Position numbers and translations under genes: made by a program. Shown here piece by piece: positions 6,714 to 16,920 of a stretch of DNA of 29,338 nt. The stretch covers positions 1 to 29,338 of the forward strand of contig DAOVEE010000001.1 in the NCBI GenBank assembly GCA_030669135.1, written 5' to 3'. Each line of letters opens with the position of its first letter. Within the stretch, counting starts at the first letter, position 1. The notes below the pieces were generated by a model that was not told the origin of the DNA, made no database searches, and worked only from the letters and a program-made list of their open reading frames with translations. Source of the DNA: Candidatus Bathyarchaeota archaeon. Its GTDB lineage: Archaea; Thermoproteota; Bathyarchaeia; TCS64.

Positions 6714-7469
6714 CTATAGGTGAGAGGAGACCCAGTCGATGACCGCTTTCTGTAGCGGGATCCTGTGTTCGCTGAACCCGTGGTCGGCGCCTTCGATCTC
6801 CACCAGCTTCTTGGGCTCGTTGGCCGCCTCGTAGAGCCTCCTGATGTCTGTCGGCAGGGTCAAGTTGTCGTTGGTGCCAAGGACCACTATCAAGGGTGAA
6901 TGTACCCTCCTCACGGTCTCAATTGGGTTCAGCTTGGAGGCGGCGACCTTGATATCCTCTCGCAGCTTCTCCTCCGTCCACCCAGCCAGTTTTCCTTCCG
7001 CCATCTTGAGGAAAACGGGTACGATGTTCTCGAGGTATGGGTCCTCGGACCAGGACTTAATGTCTGAGGCGGGCGCCATGAGAATCCCCGTCTTCAGCGA
7101 CGGATCCATGCTCATGCACTTAGTCAGGGGCACCGCCCCCATGCTATGGGAGACCAGCCCAACCCTGTTGGGGTCGACGCAGTTTAGGCCTCGTAGGTAC
7201 TTGACCGCTGCCTCGGTGCTGGGCACCAGGTTTGTCAGTCTGTACTCTCCTTCGCTTCCCCACGCCCCCATGTAATAGAAGATGAGGACCACCACGCCGT
7301 TGAGAGCGAGCTCCTCCGCAAGATCCATGTTCTTGGTGTCGCCGGGGTATCCGTGGCAGACGGCGACGGCGGGGTACAAGGCTTCCTCCCTGGGCCTGTA
7401 CAGGCGTCCGAGGAGTCTAATGCTGTCACAGGGGATGATCGTGTCTTCGACGACTATGGTTTCACCCAT
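6714..7469 (-). CDS. Alpha/beta-fold hydrolase
   Basis: HGYPG oxyanion motif, nucleophile SHSMG, acid GTNDNL, His GADHGF. ATG 7469 preferred (track starts at GTG 7475). Confidence 0.9.
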   Translation of the reverse strand: MGETIVVEDTIIPCDSIRLLGRLYRPREEALYPAVAVCHGYPGDTKNMDLAEELALNGVVVLIFYYMGAWGSEGEYRLTNLVPSTEAAVKYLRGLNCVDPNRVGLVSHSMGAVPLTKCMSMDPSLKTGILMAPASDIKSWSEDPYLENIVPVFLKMAEGKLAGWTEEKLREDIKVAASKLNPIETVRRVHSPLIVVLGTNDNLTLPTDIRRLYEAANEPKKLVEIEGADHGFSEHRIPLQKAVIDWVSSHL

Positions 7470-7537
7470 TTTCACTCGTCTCTCCCTTAACGGTGTAACC
7501 TACAATATTTTTAACGCTGCCGCCCCAATTCAGGGCG

Positions 7538-8887
7538 ATGGGGAAGCGCATCACCACCCGGTTCAAGCCCAAGAACGTCTGGGTCCGTGACATGGTTGAG
7601 GGTGATCCTTTCGTCGCTTCCTCTCTGGACGTGACGAAGGGCATGCTGAAGCTTCAGGCCCCTAAGCAGAGCCTCTGCAGCGTGTGTAAGGGAGGGAAGA
7701 TGCTCTGCGGGAAGACGAGCTGCCCCATCATGGCGCGTCTAGGTGCCTTCTCCAAGATGTTTCAGGGCGTGAAGGGAACCAACATCGACGGAAGCAGCCC
7801 ACCCAGCGTCTTCGTCGGCCGATTCGGATACCCCTACGTCCAGATAGGGCCCCTCACTCCTACTTTCTACGGCAACACCCAGATCCTTGACTCCCCTGAG
7901 CAGTGGTTCGGTAAGAGCATAGACGAGATCATCGGCTACAGGAGCCAGCTCATCAGGGGGATGACCCCGGTGAACGTCCGCAAGCCCTGGAAGGCGGGGA
8001 GGCTCCTGGATAAGACCCGGGAGCTGAGCCTAGCGGAGCACTACGTCGAGACAGAGATGAAGCTGACGCGTAGACCCACTAAGCGGTTCTACATGAACGG
8101 CGACATCCAGCCCATAGGGCCCACGGCGCCCATGGAGGACGTGGACATAGGATACATCAGATGGAACAGGCACATGGAGAAGTGCCACTACGACAGCGAC
8201 CTCAAGGCGGCGCCGGCCACAGTCAAGCTATTCGAGGAGGGCCTCCCCGTCAGCAGCATCATGAAGGCTTTCAGTATGGGCAGCTTCGGCGTCGAGAAGA
8301 ATCGGAGGCTCGTGCCCACCAGGTGGAGCATCACAGCCGTGGACGACCTCCTGGGGAAGCACCTGACGAGTAAGATAAAGGGCTACCCCTTGGTGAACCA
8401 GTACGAGGTATACGAGAGTAACTACATAGGCAACCGCTTCGAGATACTGCTGGTCCCTGACGCTTGGGCGTACGAGGCTTACGAGGCGTGGTACCCTAGG
8501 ACCCTCTGGAACCCGTCTGAGGAGGAGGTGGCCATCGTGACGGACTGGGAGCCGTACAAAGGCCGCTCGACCTACGCGAGCATGGGCGGCTGCTATTACG
8601 CGGGCAAGCTGGCGGTGCTGGAGCACCTTGAGAGGGAGAGGCGGCAGGCGAAGGTATTCATCTTCAGGGAGGCGTACCCTGACTACATCCTGCCTGTGGG
8701 GGTCTGGCAGGTGAGGGAGAACTGCAGGAATGCCATGAGGCAGCCGTCCATGGTTTTTGATACTTTCCAGTCAGCGATAAACAACATCATGGGGAGGCTC
8801 AGCATTCCGTTAGAGAAGTGGATGGAGTCGGGACCCCTCCTGCGGCACACGGTGACTCAGAGGAAGCTCACAGACTTCTTCCACTGA
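7538..8887 (+). CDS. nreA: Nre family DNA repair protein (PCNA-interacting)
   Basis: C..CKG.K.LCGK..CP, G.SPPSVFVGRFGYP, RRLVPTRWSITAVDD, GR..YA..GG.YYA.KLAV.E.L; C-terminal PIP box QRKLTDFF. Confidence 0.95.
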   Translation: MGKRITTRFKPKNVWVRDMVEGDPFVASSLDVTKGMLKLQAPKQSLCSVCKGGKMLCGKTSCPIMARLGAFSKMFQGVKGTNIDGSSPPSVFVGRFGYPYVQIGPLTPTFYGNTQILDSPEQWFGKSIDEIIGYRSQLIRGMTPVNVRKPWKAGRLLDKTRELSLAEHYVETEMKLTRRPTKRFYMNGDIQPIGPTAPMEDVDIGYIRWNRHMEKCHYDSDLKAAPATVKLFEEGLPVSSIMKAFSMGSFGVEKNRRLVPTRWSITAVDDLLGKHLTSKIKGYPLVNQYEVYESNYIGNRFEILLVPDAWAYEAYEAWYPRTLWNPSEEEVAIVTDWEPYKGRSTYASMGGCYYAGKLAVLEHLERERRQAKVFIFREAYPDYILPVGVWQVRENCRNAMRQPSMVFDTFQSAINNIMGRLSIPLEKWMESGPLLRHTVTQRKLTDFFH

Positions 8888-8971
8888 GTCGTAAACCATG
8901 GATTTTCGTAGGCAGCGGCGTCTGATCATATGAACTTTTAAAACCGTCGCCATGCCCCTTATGTTAGGTTA

Positions 8972-10507
8972 GTGAGATCCATGAACCCTAGAGAGGTAGC
9001 TGAGCGGCTACATGAGAACGAGAGGAAGGTGCTCCAGGCGCTGAGCGGCAGGGGCACCGCGACCACAGAGGAACTGAGCCGGCTCACAGGGCTAGCAAGG
9101 GACGCCGTGGAGAAGGCGTCTGACTGGGCCGCGACGAAAGGCGTAGTCTCGTTTAAGGAGGAGGTCTCACAGTTTTTTAGTCTCACAGACGAGGGAAGCG
9201 TCTACGCGGAGAACGGCCTACCGGAGCAGAACCTCAGGAAGCTGCTGGTACACGGACCCCAAGAGATAGCGAAGCTCAAACAGACATTCGAGAACCTGAA
9301 CATAGCGTTGGCGTGGATGCGGCGCAACGGGTGGGCGGACATCCAGAATGGCGTCATGGAGCTCACCGATGAAGGAAAAAAAGTCGACGACTCCCCTGAG
9401 AAGCGGCTCCTGAGAGCCCTGGACAAGCCCACACCACAGAGCGGAGAGGCGTTCACCGAAGACGAGACACCAGTCCTAGAGCAGATGGTTAAACGGAAGC
9501 TGGTCACAAAGAACGAGGAGACGGAGCGTTCCGTCGCCATAACAGACTTCGGTAGGCAGGTTCTGCCTGAGCTGGAGGCAGCGGAGTCGGTGAACGTGAT
9601 CACTCAGCTGACTCCGGAGATGCTTGTGAACAAGTCGTGGAGGGGAGCGTCGTTCCAGAGGTACGACGTGACGCTCCCCGCGCCGAGCCTCAGCCCCGGT
9701 AAACGTCACTTCATCAGCCAAGTCATCGACTACATAAGACGGTTCTGGGTGGAGCTGGGCTTCAAGGAGATGAAGGGCGAATACCTTGAGCTGAGCTTCT
9801 GGAACTTCGACGCCCTCTACCAGCCTCAGGACCACCCCGCTAGGGACCTGGCCGACACGTTCTACATGAAGACGCCGTACAGCGGGCAACTTCCCGACCC
9901 GAAGATGGTGGAGCAGGTGAAGGAAACCCACGAGAACGGGTGGACAACCGGGAGCCTCGGGTGGCAGTACAAGTGGGACCCGGAGGTCGCCGCCCGTAAC
10001 TGTCTCAGGACCCACACCACGAGCCTGAGCGTAAAACAGATAGCGAAGCTCACGCCGGACGATCTTCCGGCCAAGTTCTTCAGCTGCGGCAGGGTGTTCA
10101 GGAACGAGACCATCGACTGGAACCACCTCGCCGAGTTCTACCAGACGGACGGGATCGTCATCGGGGAGGGAGTGACTTTTCGCGACATGAAGGGCTACCT
10201 GAAAGCCTACATGGAGGGGCTCGGGGTTGAGAGGTTCAGGTTCCGGCCCGGCTACTTCCCTTACACCGAGATGAGCATGGAGGCCGAGGTCTGGATAGAG
10301 GAACGCGGCGAGTGGATGGAGCTCTTCGGCGCAGGCATGTTCAGGCCCGAGGTGGTCAAGCCCCTCATCGGCATCGACGTTCCGGTACTGGCGTGGGGCC
10401 CCGGCTTCGACAGGCTCGTCATGCAGAGCTACAAGGTTAACACCATCAAGGAACTGTACACTAACGACATCGGCCTGCTGCGGCGGGCCAAGCTGTGGAT
10501 GGAGTGA
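8972..10507 (+). CDS. pheS: Phenylalanine-tRNA ligase alpha subunit (archaeal type with N-terminal extension)
   Basis: FWNFDALYQPQDHPARDLADTFY, LRTHTT, motif 2 GRVFRNETID..HL.EF.Q, FPYTE.S.E, G.GMFRPEV, AWG.G.DRL. Alternative start at ATG 8981. Confidence 0.98.
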   Translation: MRSMNPREVAERLHENERKVLQALSGRGTATTEELSRLTGLARDAVEKASDWAATKGVVSFKEEVSQFFSLTDEGSVYAENGLPEQNLRKLLVHGPQEIAKLKQTFENLNIALAWMRRNGWADIQNGVMELTDEGKKVDDSPEKRLLRALDKPTPQSGEAFTEDETPVLEQMVKRKLVTKNEETERSVAITDFGRQVLPELEAAESVNVITQLTPEMLVNKSWRGASFQRYDVTLPAPSLSPGKRHFISQVIDYIRRFWVELGFKEMKGEYLELSFWNFDALYQPQDHPARDLADTFYMKTPYSGQLPDPKMVEQVKETHENGWTTGSLGWQYKWDPEVAARNCLRTHTTSLSVKQIAKLTPDDLPAKFFSCGRVFRNETIDWNHLAEFYQTDGIVIGEGVTFRDMKGYLKAYMEGLGVERFRFRPGYFPYTEMSMEAEVWIEERGEWMELFGAGMFRPEVVKPLIGIDVPVLAWGPGFDRLVMQSYKVNTIKELYTNDIGLLRRAKLWME

Positions 10508-10513
10508 TGAGAG

Positions 10514-12184
10514 ATGCCGGTCATAGTGGTAAACCTTGAGGACTTGAGGGAACTGTTGGGCAGGGATGTCTCCATCGAGGAGTTCCAAGACAGGCTGCCC
10601 ATGATGGGCACAAGCTGGGAGGGGGTCACGGAGGACGGATTCCACCTAGAGGTGTTCCCCAACAGGCCGGACCTCCTCAGCATCGAGGGACTGGCCCGGG
10701 CCTACGCCAGCTGGACTGGGGCAAGGACAGGGCTAAGGAAGTACCCCGTGGAGAAGTCCGACTACAAGGTCGTCGTCGATACAAAAACCCAGGAGGTGCG
10801 TCCCTGGTTCGTGACTGCAGTGGTTAAGAACGTCGAGTTCGACGACCCCCTTATCAGGAGCATCATCCAGATGCAGGAGAAGCTACACGTTACCCACGGC
10901 AGGAGACGCAGGAAGGTAGCTATAGGGCTGCACAGCCTAGAGCCCATCGAGTTTCCTGTAACCTACACCACCAAGCCGCCGGAATTCAAGTTCAGGCCCC
11001 TCGGGGAGCGGTTCGAGAAGGACCTCACTTGGATACTCAGCGAGATGAAGACAGGCAAGGAGTACGCTTGGACCGTGGAGGGCTTCAAGGAGTACCCCAT
11101 GATCCTCGACAAGAAGGGCATGGTGCTGTCGATGCCTCCCATCATCAACGGTGAGTATACGCGGATAGACGAGTCCACCACGGAGCTGTTCATCGACGTA
11201 ACGGGCACCGACCTTAAGGCCATCACCGAGGTGCTGAACGTCATCTGCGTGACGCTCGCGGACAGGGGAGCCGAGATACACGAGGTTCACAACCACTACC
11301 CGGACGGCACGGTGCTCACCACGCCGAACCTCGAACCATGGGTGATGGACTTGGACAACGACTACGTCAACCACACCCTGGGCTACGAGTTCACGCCCCA
11401 GGAGTCAGCCCGCGAGCTGGAGAAGATGGGGCACGGAACCGAGATAAACGGAAACGTCATCAAGGTCCTTATACCAAGCTACAGGGCCGACATAATGCAC
11501 CCCATCGACCTGGTGGAGGACATCGCCATCGGCTACGACTACGACAACTTCGAGCCCGAGATACCGCCCATAAGCAGCGAGGCGGGCGAGGACCCCCTGG
11601 AGGTGTTCAGCAGGGGCCTACGGAACTTCCTGGTTGGCTTGGGGCTGCTGGAGGTGGTCACCTTCATGATGAGTAACAGGGACAAGCTCTTCCACAGGAT
11701 GAGCCTCCCCGAGGAGCCCATATGCGAGACCGATAACCCCAAGATGGAAGCCTACGACAGCCTCCGGAACAGGCTGCTGCCGAATCTCATGGAGATCCTG
11801 AGCACCAACAAGCACCACCCGTACCCCCAGAACCTCTACGAGGTCGACGACGTGGTGGTGATAGACCCGTCCACCGAGACAGGAGCTAGATCCAGGCGTA
11901 GACTAGCCATAACGCTATGCCACTCAAGCGCCAGCTTCAGCGAGATAAAGGCAACGATGAACACTCTGCTGGAGAACCTGGAGCTGGAGGCAGAAGTTGT
12001 GGAGGGGGGATGGGACTGCTTCATCGAAGGCAGGAGATACACCGCCATGCTAGGGGGAGAACCTCTCTGCTGGGCTGGGGAGATAAAGCCCGAGGTGCTG
12101 GAGAAATGGGAACTAGAGATGCCTGTCGCGGCCCTAGAGATGGATATTGACAAGCTCTTCAAGAAAATATACCTAGAGAAATAA
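10514..12184 (+). CDS. pheT: Phenylalanine-tRNA ligase beta subunit
   Basis: NRPDLLSIEGLARA, Q.QEKLH.T.GR.R.KVAIG.H, SMPPIING, P.YRADIMHPIDLVEDIAIGY, LR..LLP.L; directly follows pheS. Confidence 0.98.
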   Translation: MPVIVVNLEDLRELLGRDVSIEEFQDRLPMMGTSWEGVTEDGFHLEVFPNRPDLLSIEGLARAYASWTGARTGLRKYPVEKSDYKVVVDTKTQEVRPWFVTAVVKNVEFDDPLIRSIIQMQEKLHVTHGRRRRKVAIGLHSLEPIEFPVTYTTKPPEFKFRPLGERFEKDLTWILSEMKTGKEYAWTVEGFKEYPMILDKKGMVLSMPPIINGEYTRIDESTTELFIDVTGTDLKAITEVLNVICVTLADRGAEIHEVHNHYPDGTVLTTPNLEPWVMDLDNDYVNHTLGYEFTPQESARELEKMGHGTEINGNVIKVLIPSYRADIMHPIDLVEDIAIGYDYDNFEPEIPPISSEAGEDPLEVFSRGLRNFLVGLGLLEVVTFMMSNRDKLFHRMSLPEEPICETDNPKMEAYDSLRNRLLPNLMEILSTNKHHPYPQNLYEVDDVVVIDPSTETGARSRRRLAITLCHSSASFSEIKATMNTLLENLELEAEVVEGGWDCFIEGRRYTAMLGGEPLCWAGEIKPEVLEKWELEMPVAALEMDIDKLFKKIYLEK

Positions 12185-12424
12185 CCAATCCCCAGTTATT
12201 CATTTAATATCCTGAACTTGAGCAACATACCTGAGTGATCACTTAGCCTCTCTTTCCTAGGCTAGTAAATATTGACATAAGGTAACATTCCATGTCAAAT
12301 CCTCTGAGACGAAGACGTGATCATAGCGACACTCTTCACCGGTCCTACCAACCCAGCTATACTCGACTTAATCACTGTATAGCTAGCTGAAGGCATTTAC
12401 TAGCCCCCGTTATTCAAAGAACGA

Positions 12425-12781
12425 CTACTCGATCCAGAGGCTTCTGTCCTGGTCTTTCCAGACTTCTACGCTCATGCTCGTGTGATCGAACAGGTCCATG
12501 TAGTAGGGGTCGACCTTCTTGTACTCAGCATAGGGCCCCTCGTACTTGCCCCTCCTTTCCTTGTACTTCTCGAAGGCAGCCAGGCTGTCGTACTCCCACA
12601 CCATAATGTGGCGGTCTGTCTCCTCGGCCGCAATATACTTCACGAAATACCTTAGGCTCTTCCACTCAGGGAAGAGGTCTTTGTGCTCACCCACCCACGT
12701 CATCCATGTCCGGAGGGCCTGCTCATGGTCTTTCTCCTTCCCTGGTTTCACCTTCCAAGTCTCTACCTCGAATATCGGCAT
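12425..12781 (-). CDS. Hypothetical protein, NIPSNAP/dimeric alpha-beta barrel-like
   Basis: 118 aa: FEVETWKVKPGKE..HE, W.YDSLAAFEKY pattern typical of ferredoxin-like barrel proteins. Confidence 0.65.
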   Translation of the reverse strand: MPIFEVETWKVKPGKEKDHEQALRTWMTWVGEHKDLFPEWKSLRYFVKYIAAEETDRHIMVWEYDSLAAFEKYKERRGKYEGPYAEYKKVDPYYMDLFDHTSMSVEVWKDQDRSLWIE

Positions 12782-12809
12782 AGTATGTGAGTTCTCTGAG
12801 CCCTATTTA

Positions 12810-13328
12810 TTATTTCGAGCCCTTTAACGCATTCTCCAGAACATTCTCGATGAAATCGGTTTTAGACTCCGTGTAGGCTTCTCGCATGTCGGCGTATTTC
12901 TCCACGAGACGCAACTTCAACTCGAAGTACTCCTTAGCTGTATCTGGGTGAGCTCTCAAGTAGTTTCTGAAGAGAAGGTGCCTCTTCCAGAACGGGCTCC
13001 CGTGCCTTGCTAGGTGAAGATGGACCCCCGGGCTGTGAGGCCCCTTTCCGAGGCAGTAGTACCAGTCGTCATCCGTAGGCTCGGGGGTCACGTCGTCGTA
13101 CCCTACCGCTGCAAGCGCTGGGAGACAGCGGTCTGCGATCTCTTGGCTGTCCAACCCGGCTATTATGTCGATTATCGGCTTTGCGCCTAGGCCAGTCACT
13201 GAGGTGCTGCCGAAGTGCTCTATGGATTTGACGTGCTCGCCGACTGCGTCCAGGATGAGCTCCTTTTCCTCCTCGTAGAAACGCGGCCACTCAGGATCGT
13301 ACTCGACGACGGTTATCCGGCCTGGCAC
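12810..13328 (-). CDS. GrpB family protein (nucleotidyltransferase-like fold)
   Basis: VVEYDPEWP..YEEE, IEHFGSTSV.GL.AKPIIDI, HLHL, LFRNYLRAHP..AKEY..LK, Y.ESKTDFI. Confidence 0.92.
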   Translation of the reverse strand: MPGRITVVEYDPEWPRFYEEEKELILDAVGEHVKSIEHFGSTSVTGLGAKPIIDIIAGLDSQEIADRCLPALAAVGYDDVTPEPTDDDWYYCLGKGPHSPGVHLHLARHGSPFWKRHLLFRNYLRAHPDTAKEYFELKLRLVEKYADMREAYTESKTDFIENVLENALKGSK

Positions 13329-13355
13329 CTCTATCCTCGACTTTCATCCTCATCA

Positions 13356-13367
13356 TATTATATAATA
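13356..13367. promoter_or_regulatory. Palindromic TATA element between divergent GrpB and EamA genes
   Basis: TATTATATAATA is a perfect 12-bp palindrome in the 59-bp divergent gap, about 26 and 33 nt from the two start codons. Confidence 0.55.
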
Positions 13368-13387
13368 AGTTAACCATAACCCGAACC

Positions 13388-14263
13388 ATGGAAGAACGCC
13401 CCCGTTTCCCGCCCAACCTGGCGCTGCTCATAAGCATCATAGCGGTTTCAACGGCCTCGATACTGATCAGGATGAGCAATGGGCCTCCACTAGCGATAGC
13501 CACATACAGGATGCTTTTCTCGACCCTCCTCCTGCTGCCTCTATTCGTCTACTTCGACGGGTTTGAGAAGATGCGGCGGATGGGCGTGAGAGAGGTAGCC
13601 AGTTTGATGGGCATAGGAGTGGTGCTGGCGATCCACTTCGCCTCATGGATAACCAGCCTCAGCTTCACGACCGTCGCCAGCAGCGCCATATTCGTCCATA
13701 TAGACCCCATATTCGTGGCGATAGTCAGCCACTTCTTCCTTAAGGAGAAGGTCACCAGAAGAATGGTTGTGGGCATAGTCGTCGCCTTGATCGGGGCCAC
13801 CCTGATAGCAGTGGGCGACGCAGGCATCGGGGAGCTCAACCTCTACGGCGACCTCCTGGCGCTGATAGGCGGCGTGATGCTCGGCATCTACATCCTCGGC
13901 GGGAGGGTCGTGAGGAGGACTCTTGACCTTACCTCATATGTCACGCCTGTGTACGCCACCGCCTCCCTCGTATTAGTACTGATGTCTCTGCTTAGCGGCA
14001 CTCCTCTTACAGGCTACGCTGTGAACGAGTACGTCCTGTTCTTCGCGATCGCCTTGGTCCCCATGATCTTCGGCCACACGGTCTATAACTGGGCTCTGAG
14101 ATACGTCTCGGCGCCCCTAGTCTCCATGAGCCTCCTAGGTGAGCCCGTGGGCGCCTCCATCCTGGCTCTTCTTTTTCTGAACGAGGTGCCTAGCCCCATG
14201 GTTCTGCTGGGCGGCATAGTGACGTTGGCGGGGATACTGATGTGTGCCTACAGGCCGGAGTAA
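13388..14263 (+). CDS. DMT/EamA family transporter
   Basis: About 10 TM helices in two EamA repeats; S..FTTVASS, GD.LAL.G, GHTVYNWALRY, EPVGASILA. Confidence 0.93.
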   Translation: MEERPRFPPNLALLISIIAVSTASILIRMSNGPPLAIATYRMLFSTLLLLPLFVYFDGFEKMRRMGVREVASLMGIGVVLAIHFASWITSLSFTTVASSAIFVHIDPIFVAIVSHFFLKEKVTRRMVVGIVVALIGATLIAVGDAGIGELNLYGDLLALIGGVMLGIYILGGRVVRRTLDLTSYVTPVYATASLVLVLMSLLSGTPLTGYAVNEYVLFFAIALVPMIFGHTVYNWALRYVSAPLVSMSLLGEPVGASILALLFLNEVPSPMVLLGGIVTLAGILMCAYRPE

Positions 14264-14416
14264 GCCGCCGAAAAACTCATATTTAGCTAGTTTTCGTCAC
14301 TCTGTCAATAATGTTAGGGGAATCATGTTTCCTTCCCAGAATCTTTAAAGATTCATCGACTGGGTTTAAACCAACGACCAGACAGTTAACCGTATTCGTT
14401 TAATGTGTGAGGCCTG

Positions 14417-15673
14417 TTGGACGCTAACGTTGTCGTGATTCTCATATCTCTGGCCCTGTTCCTCGCATATGTCAGCGGCATAATCTACACGTATACGGGA
14501 GTCCCTGACACCGTCTGGCTCATCGTCTTCGGGTACGTGTTCGGGCCGACCCTGAACCTGTTTAACCCAGCAGCCTTTAGGCTCTCGACGCCGCTCCTCG
14601 TCGTCATGGCCTTGAACCTGCTAATGTTCGAGGCCGGCCTGAACGTGGACTTCAAGACTTTCAAGGAGACCATGATCAAGTCAACCTACCTCGGGTTGAC
14701 TACCTTCACACTCACCACCCTCGGGGTAGGCTACCTGCTGCACTACTCCGTGCCGTACGTGTTCACGTTTTCCGAGGCTCTGTTCTTCGGAGCCATGATA
14801 GCGGGTACGAGCGCCTCGACGGTCCTCGGCATAATCGGGAGCATCCAGCAGGGGAGAAAGGAGATCGGTGAGACTAAGAGGCTCCTCGTGCTGGAGTCCA
14901 TCGTCACGGACAGCCTCAGCATCGTGACCGCCATGACGCTTCTCAGGTTCATCCAGACGCCCGGCATACCCCTCAACGAGGCCGTCAAGGACATCGTTTA
15001 TGTTTTCACGGTGTCCGTCCTCATCGGCTTCGGGACCGGCGTCGTGTGGGTCCAGCTCCTCGACCTGATCCGTAACAGGCCGTTCAACTACATAATGACC
15101 CTCGCCGTGCTCTTCTTCTCCTACATTCTGAGCGAGAATGTGGGGGGCCCAGGGGCGGGGGCGGTGGCCGCCCTCGCCTTCGGCGTTACCTTGACCAACT
15201 ACCCGTTGCTTGCCAGAAGGTTCAACCTAAGGGAGAACGTCAGGGTGGAACGCAGGAGGCTCCGCTCCTTCCACGAGGAGATCACCTTCCTTGTGAAGTC
15301 GTTTCTCTTCATCTTCGTGGGCCTTGAGGTGCAGCTGTCAGCGGAGTACCTTCTCATTGGGCTCGCGTTGTCAGCCACAATCGGCTTGATAAGGATCTTG
15401 TCCGTCAACGTTGTGGGTGGGTTCATCAAGTTGTCAGACGACGAGGCAGCCATCTCCAGGCTCGTGTTCAGCAACGGACTTACCGCCTTGGTAATATCAC
15501 AGCTGCCGCTGATTGTGGACACGGTTGGTAGTTCCTTCATTAACTCAAGGATCTATATGGACCTAGCCGTCCCCATCGTCATCGCCTCCTCCCTCTTCGG
15601 GTCCCTAGTCGGCCCGCGCATCATCAGACACGGCATGTCACTGCAGGAGCCTGAGCCGGAGAAACAGGTCTAA
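14417..15673 (+). CDS. Cation:proton antiporter (CPA1/NhaP-like)
   Basis: About 12 TM; L.MFEAGL, GAMIAGTS, ESIVTD, F..KSF.FIFVG, NGLTALV. TTG start. Confidence 0.88.
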   Translation: MDANVVVILISLALFLAYVSGIIYTYTGVPDTVWLIVFGYVFGPTLNLFNPAAFRLSTPLLVVMALNLLMFEAGLNVDFKTFKETMIKSTYLGLTTFTLTTLGVGYLLHYSVPYVFTFSEALFFGAMIAGTSASTVLGIIGSIQQGRKEIGETKRLLVLESIVTDSLSIVTAMTLLRFIQTPGIPLNEAVKDIVYVFTVSVLIGFGTGVVWVQLLDLIRNRPFNYIMTLAVLFFSYILSENVGGPGAGAVAALAFGVTLTNYPLLARRFNLRENVRVERRRLRSFHEEITFLVKSFLFIFVGLEVQLSAEYLLIGLALSATIGLIRILSVNVVGGFIKLSDDEAAISRLVFSNGLTALVISQLPLIVDTVGSSFINSRIYMDLAVPIVIASSLFGSLVGPRIIRHGMSLQEPEPEKQV

Positions 15674-15708
15674 ACAGACCTAAATCTGAGTAACCCGCCA
15701 TATCCTCC

Positions 15709-16920
15709 ATGTCAGACAAGGTTTCGCTAAAGAGGAGCGTCCAGAACGAGTTGGACGCCATAATGCCGCACCTCAAGGAGCTCAAGGACGAGATCGGGCG
15801 CAACCCAGAGCTGGGGAGCGAGGAATACGAGTCAAGCAGCCTCCTCGTGGAGGAGCTTCGCAGCCACGGGTTCCAAGTGGAGTACCCCTTCTTCGAGATG
15901 GATACGGCCTTCAAGGCAGTCTACAAAGGAATGAAAAATGGGCCAGTTATCGCCATACTCTGTGAGTACGACGCCCTGCCCGGGGTCGGCCACGGCTGTG
16001 GCCACAACATCATAGGAACGGCGGGTATAGGCGCCGGGATAGCGGTAAGCAAGCTGATGAAGGGTTTGGCTGGCGAGGTCTGGGTGATAGGGACCCCCGC
16101 GGAGGAGGGTCACGGCCCCTACGCCGGGGCAAAGGTCAGGATGGCCTCGGGAGGCGTCTTCGACGGCGTCGACGTCTCCTACATGATCCACCCTGCCACC
16201 GGGAAATCCATGGTGACGGCTAACTTCCTCGCCGTCAAGGGAGTAGGCATCGAGTTTAAGGGGAGGACGGCCCACGCGGCGGCGGACCCCCACAGCGGCG
16301 TAAACGCGCTCAACGCTGCCATGATCACATACATGTCGATCCACGCAAACAGGCAGCAGCTGAGGAGAGACGCCAACGCGGTGATCCACGGAATCGTCAC
16401 CGAAGGAGGCCTCGCATCCAACATCATCCCAGACAAGGCAGTCCTGAAGTTCGGAGTCAGAAGCAGCGACGACACCTATGTGCCGACGCTGGTGGACACC
16501 GTGGTCAACTGCGCCAAGGGGGCGGCCTTGGCTACGGGATGCGAGGTCGAGTTCACCTTATCGAACGGCCTCAAGTCGAACATCCATAACAAGCCCCTCG
16601 AGGACCTCTTCCAGAGGGTCTTCGACGAACTGGGCGTCGAGTACAGGGACCCCCTGGAGTTGGCCACGATCCCGCCCGGCGGGAGCACAGACTTCGCCGA
16701 CGTTACCCACGTCGTGTCGGGCATACACCCCATGATAGGCATCGGCGGTGAGGGCTATACCATGCATAGCAGCGACTTCGCGGGACACACGTTGACGCCT
16801 GAGGGCGATAAGGGACTTGAGGTAGGGGCTAAGAGCCTGGCCATGGCCTCCATCGAGATACTGACGGACCCGAACCTGCTCACCGAGATCAAGGCTGAGT
16901 TCGAGAGAAATAGGGTATAA
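15709..16920 (+). CDS. M20 family amidohydrolase (AbgB/ACY1L2-like)
   Basis: NPELGSEEY, EYDALPGVGHGCGHN, GTPAEEG, F.GRTAHAA..P..G.NAL, GGSTDFADV. Confidence 0.92.
   Translation: MSDKVSLKRSVQNELDAIMPHLKELKDEIGRNPELGSEEYESSSLLVEELRSHGFQVEYPFFEMDTAFKAVYKGMKNGPVIAILCEYDALPGVGHGCGHNIIGTAGIGAGIAVSKLMKGLAGEVWVIGTPAEEGHGPYAGAKVRMASGGVFDGVDVSYMIHPATGKSMVTANFLAVKGVGIEFKGRTAHAAADPHSGVNALNAAMITYMSIHANRQQLRRDANAVIHGIVTEGGLASNIIPDKAVLKFGVRSSDDTYVPTLVDTVVNCAKGAALATGCEVEFTLSNGLKSNIHNKPLEDLFQRVFDELGVEYRDPLELATIPPGGSTDFADVTHVVSGIHPMIGIGGEGYTMHSSDFAGHTLTPEGDKGLEVGAKSLAMASIEILTDPNLLTEIKAEFERNRV

Noticed and set aside
9476-10645. 389-aa antisense ORF and many other long shadow ORFs (for example 985-1557, 896-1285, 10937-11374, 15832-16389, 19403-19987, 27423-28037)
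   Set aside because: They lie opposite or within clearly recognisable genes; high GC3 suppresses antisense stops, and they contain no recognisable motifs.
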